Position numbers and translations under genes: made by a program. Positions 39,047-49,313 of a stretch of 64,000 nt of DNA are shown piece by piece. How positions within the stretch are numbered: position 1 is the stretch's first letter; the number at the start of each line of letters is the position of its first letter. The stretch comes from Thermoproteota archaeon (GTDB lineage Archaea; Korarchaeota; JAOZGF01; JAOZFZ01), in assembly GCA_027492035.1 (NCBI GenBank), contig JAOZFT010000004.1, positions 602,449 to 666,448 of the forward strand, in the 5' to 3' direction. The notes under the pieces were generated by a model, which was not told where the DNA came from, searched no databases, and was given only the letters and a program-made list of their open reading frames with translations.

Positions 39047-40150
39047 TATAATCACCAAAACAGGTTTCTTTATCGATAAACTATGTTCTTTCCTGTTTGA
39101 GAACGGTTTAGATTGGGAAATTTAAAAACATTACTGACTGAAATATTCCAGAAAGAATATCTTTAAAACATTTGAAAGCAGTTGCCTAAAATCTTCATCA
39201 GGTTATTGTTGGTATAAACAGATGTAGGATAAAAGAGTTGTTGCATAAACAACAATTCGGTATAAGTAGCGCCAGCATTCACGAGCCTCGTTTACCCCCT
39301 ATTATGCCTCCTACGAAGGCAAAATTACGAAGTAATTTGAGCTGCAAGCTGTTTTTATTATATTACCCATTTTATTTTCCTTCATATCAAGCGAATTGGT
39401 TTTGATTGTCTCAATTGTTCTAATCGTAAATTTGTATTTATTCAACATTCCGGTAGGAAGCATTAATAAATTCTGAAGCAACAGTGTTCTTACGCTTCTA
39501 GGGAAAACTCAGAGCATATTTAATAAAGAAAATAGTTTTCCTGGCCAACCACAACTATATCATAAAATTCCTTGGTTAATCTCCAGGATAAATTCAAATC
39601 TTCTTTATCTCTGCAGTGACTCGCCCTAGTAATACATAAAAAGCTGGATACCCGGCAAATATGGCTTAATAAATCTTTATGGCTTCCAGCACTGAGACCA
39701 CTTGCTTCCTGGTTGAGGTCTTTTGTAAAACATTTGTTTGACAGCCGAGATAAATACTCTTTGACCCAAGTTTGGTTTAAAAATACTTTTTATGGAAAAC
39801 GCACTTAATGAAAAATTCGATGAGGAATCGCCATTAACTAAAAAGGATCTGATTGATTATAGTGTAAAAAGTGTAAAAACCATTTAGCTTGTTTCTTCTC
39901 TACTGAAGTAACTATAAAACACAAGCTGGTTTTTAATGTTTCTTTGCTATCTACTGAAGAGGAGCTGTTCGTTTCACACATCCTTTTTCCAACAGTCATC
40001 TATTCCCTGTTTTAAGTTTTTAAAGAACTCTTTAAATTGAAAAAATTTAAAATTTTCCGGTGAAAAGTATCATGCAAGAGCGATTTAATTACCCAAAATT
40101 TTTCTCAGCTTGCCCTTGCCTTTTTTTTATACAACTTTTAAAAAAGGGGA

Positions 40151-41491
40151 TTGAACCTGGTTTTTGGAGGGTTTATTTTGAACGGAGTGAACATACCTTT
40201 TGACTTCCTGGGTTTCATCCAGCCTTTCCTACCTTTGATACTGACGGCTTTCGTAGTGGCTTTGCTTGTGCAAATAATTAATGCTTTCACCAAAGACAGA
40301 GTAATTAAACTTTTTGACAGTAACTGGGTTGTTCTTCTTTTTTCTAGTTCAGAGGGTCAGGAAGAAACTTTCTTTGGTAGGCTGCGCACCCCTGCTAGAG
40401 GGAAAGGGTTTGAAATATTCTTTCCTCCTGAAGGGATAAGAAACCCTGAAAGGTTAATTTCCTTCCTTGTCAACATGCATAAAGAAACAGGTGATATTAA
40501 ATACCGTGAATCAGCTGAAAAAATCTTTAACAATTTAAAAGAGAAAGGTAAATTTGAAAATTACCGGAATGTGGATGAAGTTAAAGAAAACCCGTTCTTA
40601 AACCCTTCTCAGGCTTCAAGGAAAATATGGGAAAACGAATTAAAGAATGTTTATTCGCTGATAAGGTTCAAGGACAGTTTAGATGAGAAAGAAATCCTCG
40701 AAAGAAAAGAAGAATTGAACAGAATTTATCATCCTTCATGGTTAAGAAAAACAAAAAGGAAAATATACAACGCCTTAAGTTTCGTCAAAAACAAGTTCAG
40801 TCAAGCCCTATCCAGTGCCTTAACTCCTCTCTCCCCCTACTTACCGACCGACTTAAAGAAAACAATTGAAAAATACGAAAAAGAAGCTGTTTCAAAAATA
40901 GGTTCAGATTATGAACCCTTACTGGAAAACAGCATCGGTAACCTAGTCATAGTGTCAGTTAAAAACCCTAAAGGAGGAACTGAACTTTACCAAGGTATCC
41001 TCCGAGAATACTCAAAAGATTACTTGGCAATTTATGACATATATTACAAAGTAAGTGGAGGAACAAGTTTATTGATTGAGAAACAGGAAGAAATTATTCA
41101 CCAAAGCAAAACACAGTTCCTAAACACTAAGCTGCGAAGAAACAGGAACAATATAATCTTAGAAGTGCGAAAGGATGGTTTAAACCTCAAAATTAAAAAT
41201 GTTTCAAATGAAGCTATCCGTTTGAACAAAGTCGAAATTGAAGGAACGAAAGAGGTCCCTCTCCAAGAGAAAGTACTTCAACCAGGTGAAGAAATACAGG
41301 TAAGTTTCGACTCTCCCATGGAAAATAAAAAATTCTCTATCAGTTATGAAATGGTGAAGAAAGCAGACGTGATCTGGCCCAGGGATAAAGCTACAGTGAT
41401 AGGTTTAGGGGAACCTGTCGCAAACTTAATCGATAAACTTCTTTTGTTTAGAAACCTTAAAAATCTAGGAAATCGTAAAGAAAAAATTTAA
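40151..41491 (+). CDS. Hypothetical protein with N-terminal membrane anchor
   Basis: 446-aa ORF, TM FLPLILTAFVVALLVQII, YEPLLENSIG...GILREYSKDY. Confidence 0.75.
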   Translation: MNLVFGGFILNGVNIPFDFLGFIQPFLPLILTAFVVALLVQIINAFTKDRVIKLFDSNWVVLLFSSSEGQEETFFGRLRTPARGKGFEIFFPPEGIRNPERLISFLVNMHKETGDIKYRESAEKIFNNLKEKGKFENYRNVDEVKENPFLNPSQASRKIWENELKNVYSLIRFKDSLDEKEILERKEELNRIYHPSWLRKTKRKIYNALSFVKNKFSQALSSALTPLSPYLPTDLKKTIEKYEKEAVSKIGSDYEPLLENSIGNLVIVSVKNPKGGTELYQGILREYSKDYLAIYDIYYKVSGGTSLLIEKQEEIIHQSKTQFLNTKLRRNRNNIILEVRKDGLNLKIKNVSNEAIRLNKVEIEGTKEVPLQEKVLQPGEEIQVSFDSPMENKKFSISYEMVKKADVIWPRDKATVIGLGEPVANLIDKLLLFRNLKNLGNRKEKI

Positions 41492-42259
41492 CAGTTTCTT
41501 ACACTTCACTATATCCCCCAACTTATGTAGTTCAACAATCAAGGGACCTGAGTAACTGCATTCCTTGATTTCTTTAAACAAAGATTTGAAGTCTATGTTT
41601 CCTTCACCTATTAATAAGTGTTCATCGTTTTCCCCGTTGTTGTCATGGACATGGATGTTTACGATTTCACTTTTGAAAGTTCTGAAGTAGGTAAGTGGGT
41701 TGCCGAAAGTGTTAGCATGGCCAACGTCCAAAGTAAATTTACACCCTGTACCCCTAATTACCTCCCTTATTTCTTCAGGATAACCTGTAAATGTGTAATC
41801 TGATGTTTTGTGACTGTTTTCTACCGATAACTGCACCCCCAATTCTTGAGCAAACAAATTAAGTCTTCTAACTCTTCTAATTGCTTCTTTTTCGGCTTTT
41901 TCTTTCCATTCCAATGGATAATCACGTGAATACTCGCCAAAGTGGAAAGTAACTAAATTAATGTTCAAAGTGTTAGCTGCTTCAATTGTTTCACGAATAA
42001 TTTTCTCAGAAGCTTCAGCTATGTCTCTATTCAATGAAGCAATGTTTAAATCAATATAAGGGGCATGGATAAAATACTTTAGCTTAAATGACTCAAGCAA
42101 AGGGGCTATTTTTCTTACTTCGCCTTGGTTTAAAAGCCTTAAAAGGTTCAATTCATCAAGTTTAAGTTCGAAAGAGCTATATCCAAGCTTTTCAGCGAAA
42201 TCCAATAAGTAACTAAGAGATTTACCCATTTTAACATACATAGATACTCCTATCAACAT
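41465..42259 (-). CDS. Xylose isomerase-like/AP endonuclease 2 TIM-barrel protein
   Basis: HAPYIDLNIAS, VTFH, SVEN, LDVGHA, HVHDN, DEHL, GNID. Confidence 0.88.
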   Translation of the reverse strand: MLIGVSMYVKMGKSLSYLLDFAEKLGYSSFELKLDELNLLRLLNQGEVRKIAPLLESFKLKYFIHAPYIDLNIASLNRDIAEASEKIIRETIEAANTLNINLVTFHFGEYSRDYPLEWKEKAEKEAIRRVRRLNLFAQELGVQLSVENSHKTSDYTFTGYPEEIREVIRGTGCKFTLDVGHANTFGNPLTYFRTFKSEIVNIHVHDNNGENDEHLLIGEGNIDFKSLFKEIKECSYSGPLIVELHKLGDIVKCKKLLNFFFTIS

Positions 42260-42396
42260 GTTTGTAACACTCCACAACCTTAACACTTTTAAAGGAAAAA
42301 AAAGGAAAAGAAACTCTTCTTCCTACTCCCTTAAAATTCCTCTTAAAGATAAATTTAAATTCCTTCTATATCATTTTGTAAAATTAAATTTTCTAG

Positions 42397-43371
42397 GTGG
42401 AAAAATTGTGCAGTAGCTTTGTTTTAGAGCCCTCCTACTACTTAACCATAAAAAAGGTTGAAGTCGGTAAGAGAGGTGAAAAACATCTTCTCCCCTTTTA
42501 TGAAGGTTACAAAATTAAAAAAACCCCTAAAACTTATTACCTAGGTTATTGTGCCTTTGAAAAAAAATATGTTGAAGATTCCACCCAAAAAACTATAAAA
42601 TTTTTTTATCCATTAATCATCACTTTAAAAAATGGTGGATTTGTTCCGTGTTTCCCCAACTACTCTTTCCGCTTACCTTATCTCAAAGAGGAACTAGTTA
42701 AGGAAATAATTGAGAAAATAAGGGAGAAAATTCTTTATGCACCAAACGCCTTAAAAAACTCGGTTTATCCCCTTCAACAAAACAGACTTTCTCCGCAGCA
42801 AATGGAAATAATAAATTTGCTGAATCAAGAGGTTTTTTACGGTTTCAAAGAAAAAATTGGGGTAATGAACAATGAAGCTTACATAGCAGAAATTGAGAAA
42901 AGGTTGAGGTCGAAAGGGAGATACGTGGCTGACTGGTATGAATTTAAACGTTCATTTTATGTTGAAGACCAGAAAATTAACCTTTTAGCGCGTGGAAACA
43001 TGGGAAAAATGAAGACAGGGTTCCTAGCTAAATTTTTCGCTAAAATGATTATTCCCCAATGGGAGACAATGGCTGTTGTTTTGTTTTCGGATGAAGAAAT
43101 AAATGTGAAAAAATTTATTTCTTTTAAAGAAAAAATTAAAAGTTACATGGATTCAGAAGACATAAAATGGGCATGGGTTAACATAACTTCTAAGAAAATA
43201 GGTTTAGACACTGTTGCGTATGTTGAAAATTATTTGAAGCCAGAGATAGGGGTATTTCTTACTGACTTAACGAGGAAAGAAATGAAATATAATCCTGTAC
43301 CTATCATGAACTGGGGAAAGAGAATTTTCAAGGTTAAATTGGAGTCCGTATTCTTTAAAAGCCTTAATTAA
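42397..43371 (+). CDS. Hypothetical protein (start uncertain; may begin at ATG 42865)
   Basis: 324-aa ORF; the C-terminal half from MNNEAYIAEIEKRLR follows a GGGG SD-like tract. Confidence 0.55.
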   Translation: MEKLCSSFVLEPSYYLTIKKVEVGKRGEKHLLPFYEGYKIKKTPKTYYLGYCAFEKKYVEDSTQKTIKFFYPLIITLKNGGFVPCFPNYSFRLPYLKEELVKEIIEKIREKILYAPNALKNSVYPLQQNRLSPQQMEIINLLNQEVFYGFKEKIGVMNNEAYIAEIEKRLRSKGRYVADWYEFKRSFYVEDQKINLLARGNMGKMKTGFLAKFFAKMIIPQWETMAVVLFSDEEINVKKFISFKEKIKSYMDSEDIKWAWVNITSKKIGLDTVAYVENYLKPEIGVFLTDLTRKEMKYNPVPIMNWGKRIFKVKLESVFFKSLN

Positions 43372-43473
43372 ACAAAAAAAATTGAAAGGAAAAATTTAAT
43401 ATTTCCAAGTGGATTCTTGGTAAAGAGGATTTTCAGAGTAAGGGCAGTAGATTCTAAAAGCCATGGTGGTTCC

Positions 43474-45315
43474 TTGGATCCTTTCATGAAATTGTTCCCC
43501 TACAAACCAAGGGAGTATCAAGTTGAAACTATGCGTTTCATTACGTCAATAATTAGGAGAAAAAATATTTGTCTTCATGCCCCCACAGGTTTCGGTAAAA
43601 CCCCTTTGATACTGGCCTCCCTCCTCTCAATTATCGAAAATGGAGGAGGAAAAATTATTTGGGCTGTAAGAACAGGTAACGAAACAGACAGACCAATAGA
43701 AGAACTGAAAAAAATCAATGAACATACAAGGAAAAAATTTTTCGGTTTATCCTTTAGAGGAAAAAGAGACATGTGCTTACTGGCTAGGGAACTTGGGATA
43801 AGGGGATATGAAGAAGTTACTTTCCTATGCCAAAAAGAAAGGTATAACTGCCCCTTTTACCGTGAAATAAGAGTAAACAAACCAAATAACCCTTTACTTT
43901 ATTCAGAAATCCTTAATTTAGGGAAGGAAAAGGAAACTTGTCCATATTTTCTCCAAAGGAAACTTCTTAAATTCGCTGACGTGATTTCTCTCAGTTACAA
44001 CTACATAGTCTCCCCCCTCTCCTGGTCCCTCAGGAAATCGGTACCTTTCCATTCCTCATTCCTTGTTGTTGATGAGGCCCATAATTTACAGTTCGCTGCA
44101 GGAAACGCTAATTCCTCAAAAATAAGTTTAAGGTCCATCGAAAGAAGTTTGAAAGAACTGGATCTTTTTGAGAAAAATGAAGTTAAGGGGCTCAGAAAAC
44201 TTCTAACCAGGATAAAAGAGGGAATTCTATCTTTATCTGAAGAAATAATAAAGGATGATATTTCATTCAACCCTGCTGAATTTCTTGAAAAAAACAGGGT
44301 CTTTGAAGCCGACTTAGAACTTTTACTTAACCTCGGAAGAAAAATTAAGCTGAAAAAACTTGATGAAGGTAAAGCTCCGGTTTCTTCCATTCACAGAGTA
44401 GCTTCTTTCTGGTTATCTGCCCTCCAAAACTCACACACAGAAGGAATTTCCTTCCTGGTGTTTAAGAAAAAGGGAACTGTTTATGTTGAAATGTGGGATA
44501 TGAGGGCCTCAGAAATTCTTAAAGATATATGGAGTAACTTCCGCAAATGTATTTTCTGTTCAGGTTCTTTAAAACCGATTTCTGCATTTTCAGAAATAAT
44601 TGGTTTAAAAAGTTATGAAAGTAAAGTGATCCCCTCCTTTTTCACCCTTTCCAAAATAAAAACTTACATAATCAAGGGATTAACAACTAAAGGTGAGGAA
44701 TTACCAGCTGAAATGAGGTACCTTTACAGTAAAGCTTTAAAAAAGTTTTTGAGCAGAGCTGAAACAAATGCCGCCGTTTTCACAGCAAGTTATAGGATAC
44801 AGAATGAATTACTTGACTCAATAAATGATGCATCATCCTTTCTTCAAAGAAAAGTCTTTATTGAACGTGAAGATATGAGTGGTGACGAAGGCAGGGAAAT
44901 ACTGAATGAATTTAAAAAATCAGTTCATAAAGGGGAACCATGTGTGTTAGTTGCTCCAATGGGTGGAAGATTTGCAGAGGGTGCAGATTTCCCTGGAGAA
45001 GAACTTGAAAACATTTTCCTTGTAGGGATCCCCTTTGACAAATTGACGAACAGGACTGAACTTTATATCCAGTATTACCAAAAAACTTTCGGTGAAGATA
45101 AGGGAAAGTTCTATGCTTACTTTGTTCCTGCTTTAAGGAGGGCTTCTCAAGCTTTAGGCAGAGCCTTAAGGTCTAAGGAAGATAAAGCCACTTTTGTTTG
45201 TGGCGATGAAAGGTACGGTTTCCGAAATTTTTTCTCCCTTCTTCCTGACTATGTTCAAAGAACTGCGATTCAGGTTTCAGTTCATGAATTCATTGAAAAA
45301 ACAAGCATTCCCTAA
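43474..45315 (+). CDS. xpd: XPD/Rad3/DinG-family Fe-S DNA helicase
   Basis: Q motif REYQ, APTGFGKT, four Fe-S Cys (DMC, FLC, NCPFY, TCPYF), DEAHN, EGADF, QALGRALR. Confidence 0.92.
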   Translation: MDPFMKLFPYKPREYQVETMRFITSIIRRKNICLHAPTGFGKTPLILASLLSIIENGGGKIIWAVRTGNETDRPIEELKKINEHTRKKFFGLSFRGKRDMCLLARELGIRGYEEVTFLCQKERYNCPFYREIRVNKPNNPLLYSEILNLGKEKETCPYFLQRKLLKFADVISLSYNYIVSPLSWSLRKSVPFHSSFLVVDEAHNLQFAAGNANSSKISLRSIERSLKELDLFEKNEVKGLRKLLTRIKEGILSLSEEIIKDDISFNPAEFLEKNRVFEADLELLLNLGRKIKLKKLDEGKAPVSSIHRVASFWLSALQNSHTEGISFLVFKKKGTVYVEMWDMRASEILKDIWSNFRKCIFCSGSLKPISAFSEIIGLKSYESKVIPSFFTLSKIKTYIIKGLTTKGEELPAEMRYLYSKALKKFLSRAETNAAVFTASYRIQNELLDSINDASSFLQRKVFIEREDMSGDEGREILNEFKKSVHKGEPCVLVAPMGGRFAEGADFPGEELENIFLVGIPFDKLTNRTELYIQYYQKTFGEDKGKFYAYFVPALRRASQALGRALRSKEDKATFVCGDERYGFRNFFSLLPDYVQRTAIQVSVHEFIEKTSIP

Positions 45316-45670
45316 TTAACTTGCCCACTTTTGTTCCTCGATAAAGGATTGTTTTCTGTGATCATGGAGGTTGGACGAAGTAAAGTCATAAAGGAAAAAA
45401 ATTCAAATAAAGGGAGGATGAAGTTAAAATAAAATTCCCAAAGAAACATTAACATCCACTACGCGACTTCTCTCCTTACCCAAACACTTTTCACAGGATG
45501 CTGGCAAAGGAAAATAGCTTCTTTATGTGAACTAACGAAAAAAAGGGAAAGTTACGTAAAAAAAGGATGAGGCCATTGACAAATTTTTTGATGAACTTTA
45601 AAGGGGAACTGAGACTTCTAAACCCTAGGAGGTACATGGATCTAACTATAATTTCCAGGTATAAATCCCT

Positions 45671-48106
45671 TTAAGAGGAATAAGACTTAGAGAAGTTTTT
45701 TGCTTCTTCAAAAACCATGTTAATTGCTTTTGCTGCTGTCTTTTCATTAACTGCTAATAAACAACTTCCCTCTGTCAAGAAAGCAATCAAACTTGTTAAG
45801 AATGAACCTAACGTTGGCGGGTCATATTTCCTCTTCACTTCTTTGAGGAAGGTTTCACCTCTAAAAACCCCTTCTTGCTTCAACACTTCCTTGTATAAGT
45901 TTCCAGCCTCATTCGGACTTATCTGATACGAATAAGCCGAAAAATCAGGGTTAATAATGAATGTTTTCACCTTTTCCTGATTAATTAATTTAGAAACGTA
46001 AACTAAGTCTTCAACAGCTTTAGCTCTTTGTTTTTCGGTTGTAGTTATTTTTAATTTTCTTTCTTTATGTGTTAAAACATCTTCAGGTAAAGGCATGTTA
46101 GCAAAACCGTCAGAAAAAACTATCAAGGCTGGAAAAGCCTCTTCGTCCTTTATTTTTTCTGTTTTAATGAGTTTTAGGGCTTGAAGTAAACCTGAAGCTA
46201 AGGGGGTTAACCCTCCTGTTTCAAGTTTTTCAAGTTTAGATTTCAGTAAGTTCATGTTTCTTGTAGGGGACTGGACAAGGAAAGATTTCTTTCCACGCAC
46301 ACCAACAACTCCCACTTTGTCTCTGTACATCCGAAAATTGATATATAAACTTTTTAAGGCTTCAGTTATTTTCGTCCTTATCAAATTCATTGAATCACTT
46401 AAATCTAAAACCAGTAAGATAAGGGAGGAGGCCTTGTTTTCGTAAATTTTCTCTTTGATGTCGCTTGCATACACCTTCACTGCTAACTCCCCCTTCCTCC
46501 TTTTTTGATGCTTGGAAGCTTCCCTCAAGGTGGCAGGTAAATATATACTCCTTGGTTTACCTTTAGGTTCTTTCCATCCTCTAATTTTTCCTTTATCCTT
46601 TGAGGCAATGAAGGGGATCCTTCTGCCTCCTCTGTTTTTTCTTTTGTTCCCCTTTTCAAGTTTGAAAGCTACAAATTTGGAGAAACTGTTTCTTTCAGCC
46701 TTATATATGAGAGGGTCGGTTATCTCTTTTTCAGGGGTTGTTGGAACGAAGAAATCTGAAGCCATTAACCTGTATCCCCTTAAGAAATCTTTTAAAAAGG
46801 TTTTTACAGCTAACAATGAGCCATGCCTTGTTTTGGAAACCAAGTAAAGGATACAAATTGTTACTAGAAGAAGGGAGAAAGGGGAAACTACCTCAACCAA
46901 TTTCTTTAGAAAAGGTAGACTGGTGAAGTAGAAGAGTGACATAAAGAATAGGGAGGTTGAAGCAGTTAAAATAAAAATTTTAACAACGGGGTGAAACCTC
47001 CCTTTCTTTCCACTCTCCCCTTTACCTACCTCCCCTTTTTTCCTCCCTTTCCTCCCTGCAACTGAAACCTGTTTTGGTTCTTGCAGAAAATTAAACGTTT
47101 TTTCTATTTCATCTTCTGTAGCAGGCTCTAGAAACCCTCCTTTCCTTGTTCTATGAGTCAAAGCTAACTTAGCGGCTATTTTCACATCTTCAAAACTAAC
47201 TTTCTTCCTTAAATCCAGCGCTGCAATAGCTGCAGCTGTCTCATAAATAATTATGTCAGGTCTAACCCCATCAACCTTTAAAGCGTTACATAGCTCCGCT
47301 GTTAACTTCAATAATTCCTCGGGAAAATAAACATCTTTCAAAATTTTTCTTGCTTCAATTATCCTTTCTCTTACTTCCTCTTGCCTTTTTTCAAATTTTT
47401 TGTAGAAACTAATGGGGTTATTTTTGAATTCAGAGTTTCTTTTAACTATTTTCACCCTATCTTCTAAGCTATAGTTTGTTTTCACTGTTACTGATAAAGG
47501 GAACCTGTCTAAAAGTTGAGGACGAAGTTCACCTTCCTCAGGGTTCATGGTTCCTATCAAAATAAAGTTTGAAGGGTGTTCAAATGAAACTCCCTCTCTT
47601 TCCACTATATTTACACCAGAAACAGCTACATCTAACAAATCATCAACTAAATAATCTGGGAGAAGATTTACTTCATCAATGTAAAGTATGTTTTGGTTTG
47701 CTTCAGCTAAAATTCCAGGTTTAAATGATTCAACTCCTTTTTTAACTGCTTCTTCTATGCTTAAACTCCCAATAACTCTATCCTCAGTCGCACTTAAAGG
47801 CAAAGTAATAATTTTCATCTGTCTTTCAACAATTTCTAATTCTCCTCTCTCTAACTTCTCCCTACATTCATTACAAAGAATTCCTGAGTCAGGGTTACAA
47901 TTAAATCGGCACCCTTTCACAGTTTTCATTCTTGGTAAAATATCTTCTAGACTCCTTACCACTGTACTTTTACCGCTTCCTTTCGGTCCTTTAATCAGTA
48001 AACCCCCTATTTTTGGGTTCACTAAATTAGCTAAAAGTGCAGTTTTCACTTCGAACAGATTAATTATAGCTGTAAAAGGGAACCTTAACCACTTTCTTTC
48101 TTTCAC
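45671..48106 (-). CDS. ChlI/ChlD-like AAA+ ATPase-VWA protein with an internal two-helix hydrophobic segment
   Basis: FPFTAI, GPKGSGKST, ATEDRVIG, LYIDEVNLL, MNPEEGELRPQLLDRF; MIDAS DLSDS...TP...SDG; hydrophobic residues about 375-425. Confidence 0.88.
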   Translation of the reverse strand: MKERKWLRFPFTAIINLFEVKTALLANLVNPKIGGLLIKGPKGSGKSTVVRSLEDILPRMKTVKGCRFNCNPDSGILCNECREKLERGELEIVERQMKIITLPLSATEDRVIGSLSIEEAVKKGVESFKPGILAEANQNILYIDEVNLLPDYLVDDLLDVAVSGVNIVEREGVSFEHPSNFILIGTMNPEEGELRPQLLDRFPLSVTVKTNYSLEDRVKIVKRNSEFKNNPISFYKKFEKRQEEVRERIIEARKILKDVYFPEELLKLTAELCNALKVDGVRPDIIIYETAAAIAALDLRKKVSFEDVKIAAKLALTHRTRKGGFLEPATEDEIEKTFNFLQEPKQVSVAGRKGRKKGEVGKGESGKKGRFHPVVKIFILTASTSLFFMSLFYFTSLPFLKKLVEVVSPFSLLLVTICILYLVSKTRHGSLLAVKTFLKDFLRGYRLMASDFFVPTTPEKEITDPLIYKAERNSFSKFVAFKLEKGNKRKNRGGRRIPFIASKDKGKIRGWKEPKGKPRSIYLPATLREASKHQKRRKGELAVKVYASDIKEKIYENKASSLILLVLDLSDSMNLIRTKITEALKSLYINFRMYRDKVGVVGVRGKKSFLVQSPTRNMNLLKSKLEKLETGGLTPLASGLLQALKLIKTEKIKDEEAFPALIVFSDGFANMPLPEDVLTHKERKLKITTTEKQRAKAVEDLVYVSKLINQEKVKTFIINPDFSAYSYQISPNEAGNLYKEVLKQEGVFRGETFLKEVKRKYDPPTLGSFLTSLIAFLTEGSCLLAVNEKTAAKAINMVFEEAKNFSKSYSS

Positions 48107-48230
48107 TTTCCTTCCATCTCTAAAATTCCCTTAACGGAATAAGGAAGTTTTAAACAAATAATTTTCTAAGAAGGAGTTAAGCACTTCCTAGGGAATTACA
48201 AGTAAAAACTTTAAGGCTTAAAAGGCTCTC

Positions 48231-48893
48231 CTATTTACGGTCTAGTTTGGGCACCACTAAGTAATATTGCCTTAAGAAGCGGGGTTTTTTTAAGATTTCA
48301 ATGTTATTGTAATCTTTAAAGAAAAGCCTTAACCTTATTCTTTTAAGATTTAAACCTTTAGTCTTTTCTCTTTCTTTAGCTATTATGTCGATGAAATCTT
48401 GAATTATTTGCTTAATTCTTCTAGTTTCCCCCTTATCTAAGTTAATTATGTCCTCTTTTATTCTCTGACGTGTGAAATAATCAATTATCATGAAAGCGTT
48501 AGGGATCAAAATAATGAACACAGCTATACTTAAAGGGTGTCTAAGTATTTCAATTGCACCAATCCATTTTTTTGGTTGAAGATAAGCTAAAAGAAAGAAA
48601 ATACCGTAAAGACCCAATGAAACAATGGCTCCCGTCCTTAAAATAGCACTATAAATAATGGACTTCCTGGTTTTCTCCCTTCTTTTTGTTTTTAAAGTTA
48701 TGTTTTGAATTTCCTTCCTAACAATTTTCCATTTAGCCCAGACATTACCTATTTTCACTTTTGAAAGTTGCATGCTGATTTTCTTTTGTGCAACCATTCT
48801 TCCAGCTCTTATATTGTCAAGTTCGGTCACAACCTCGGCTAAATGAGCTAATTGGTTTTCTTTATCTTTCACGACTGATTTTTTACTAGACAA
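48231..48893 (-). CDS. Hypothetical basic protein with 2 TM segments
   Basis: Two hydrophobic helices flanked by K/R-rich soluble regions; GGAGGTG SD before TTG. Confidence 0.7.
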   Translation of the reverse strand: MSSKKSVVKDKENQLAHLAEVVTELDNIRAGRMVAQKKISMQLSKVKIGNVWAKWKIVRKEIQNITLKTKRREKTRKSIIYSAILRTGAIVSLGLYGIFFLLAYLQPKKWIGAIEILRHPLSIAVFIILIPNAFMIIDYFTRQRIKEDIINLDKGETRRIKQIIQDFIDIIAKEREKTKGLNLKRIRLRLFFKDYNNIEILKKPRFLRQYYLVVPKLDRK

Positions 48894-48950
48894 CGCAACA
48901 CCTCCGGTCCTCGATCACCTACAAAGATTTTTCCATTTGTTTTTCACCAA

Positions 48951-48972
48951 ATTTTTCACAATAGTGAAAAAT
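48951..48972. promoter_or_regulatory. Perfect inverted repeat ATTTTTCAC-aata-GTGAAAAAT, operator candidate
   Basis: 9-4-9 palindrome plus an extra half-site TTTTTCAC at 48940-48947, next to a minus-strand TATA-like TTTATTA in a divergent promoter region. Confidence 0.5.
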
Positions 48973-49313
48973 CCCTAATAAATTTTCATGATTCTGAGTC
49001 AAAATTTTCAAGTTTAGAAGGGTTGACTTTAAAAGATATTATTCTGTAAAGAGGTTTTCAGTTCCCTCCTCAAAGATATCTGGTGCGAAAACCTTGTTCC
49101 TTCTGTGGAAAACTGTGAAAGTTAGGAAAATTTTTTCTTTGTCTAAAAAAAGAAGAATGAATCAAATGTACTTTTTAAATATTTTTCGGCAAAAAACGAA
49201 CACAGCTACGCGAAATCAAAAAATTTAAAAAGTAAACAAGTAGTTACCCAAAATAAAAATTCTCCAAAACTCCCTTCATTTAGATGAGGGGAAGAAAAGT
49301 AAGAGGTTACCCT

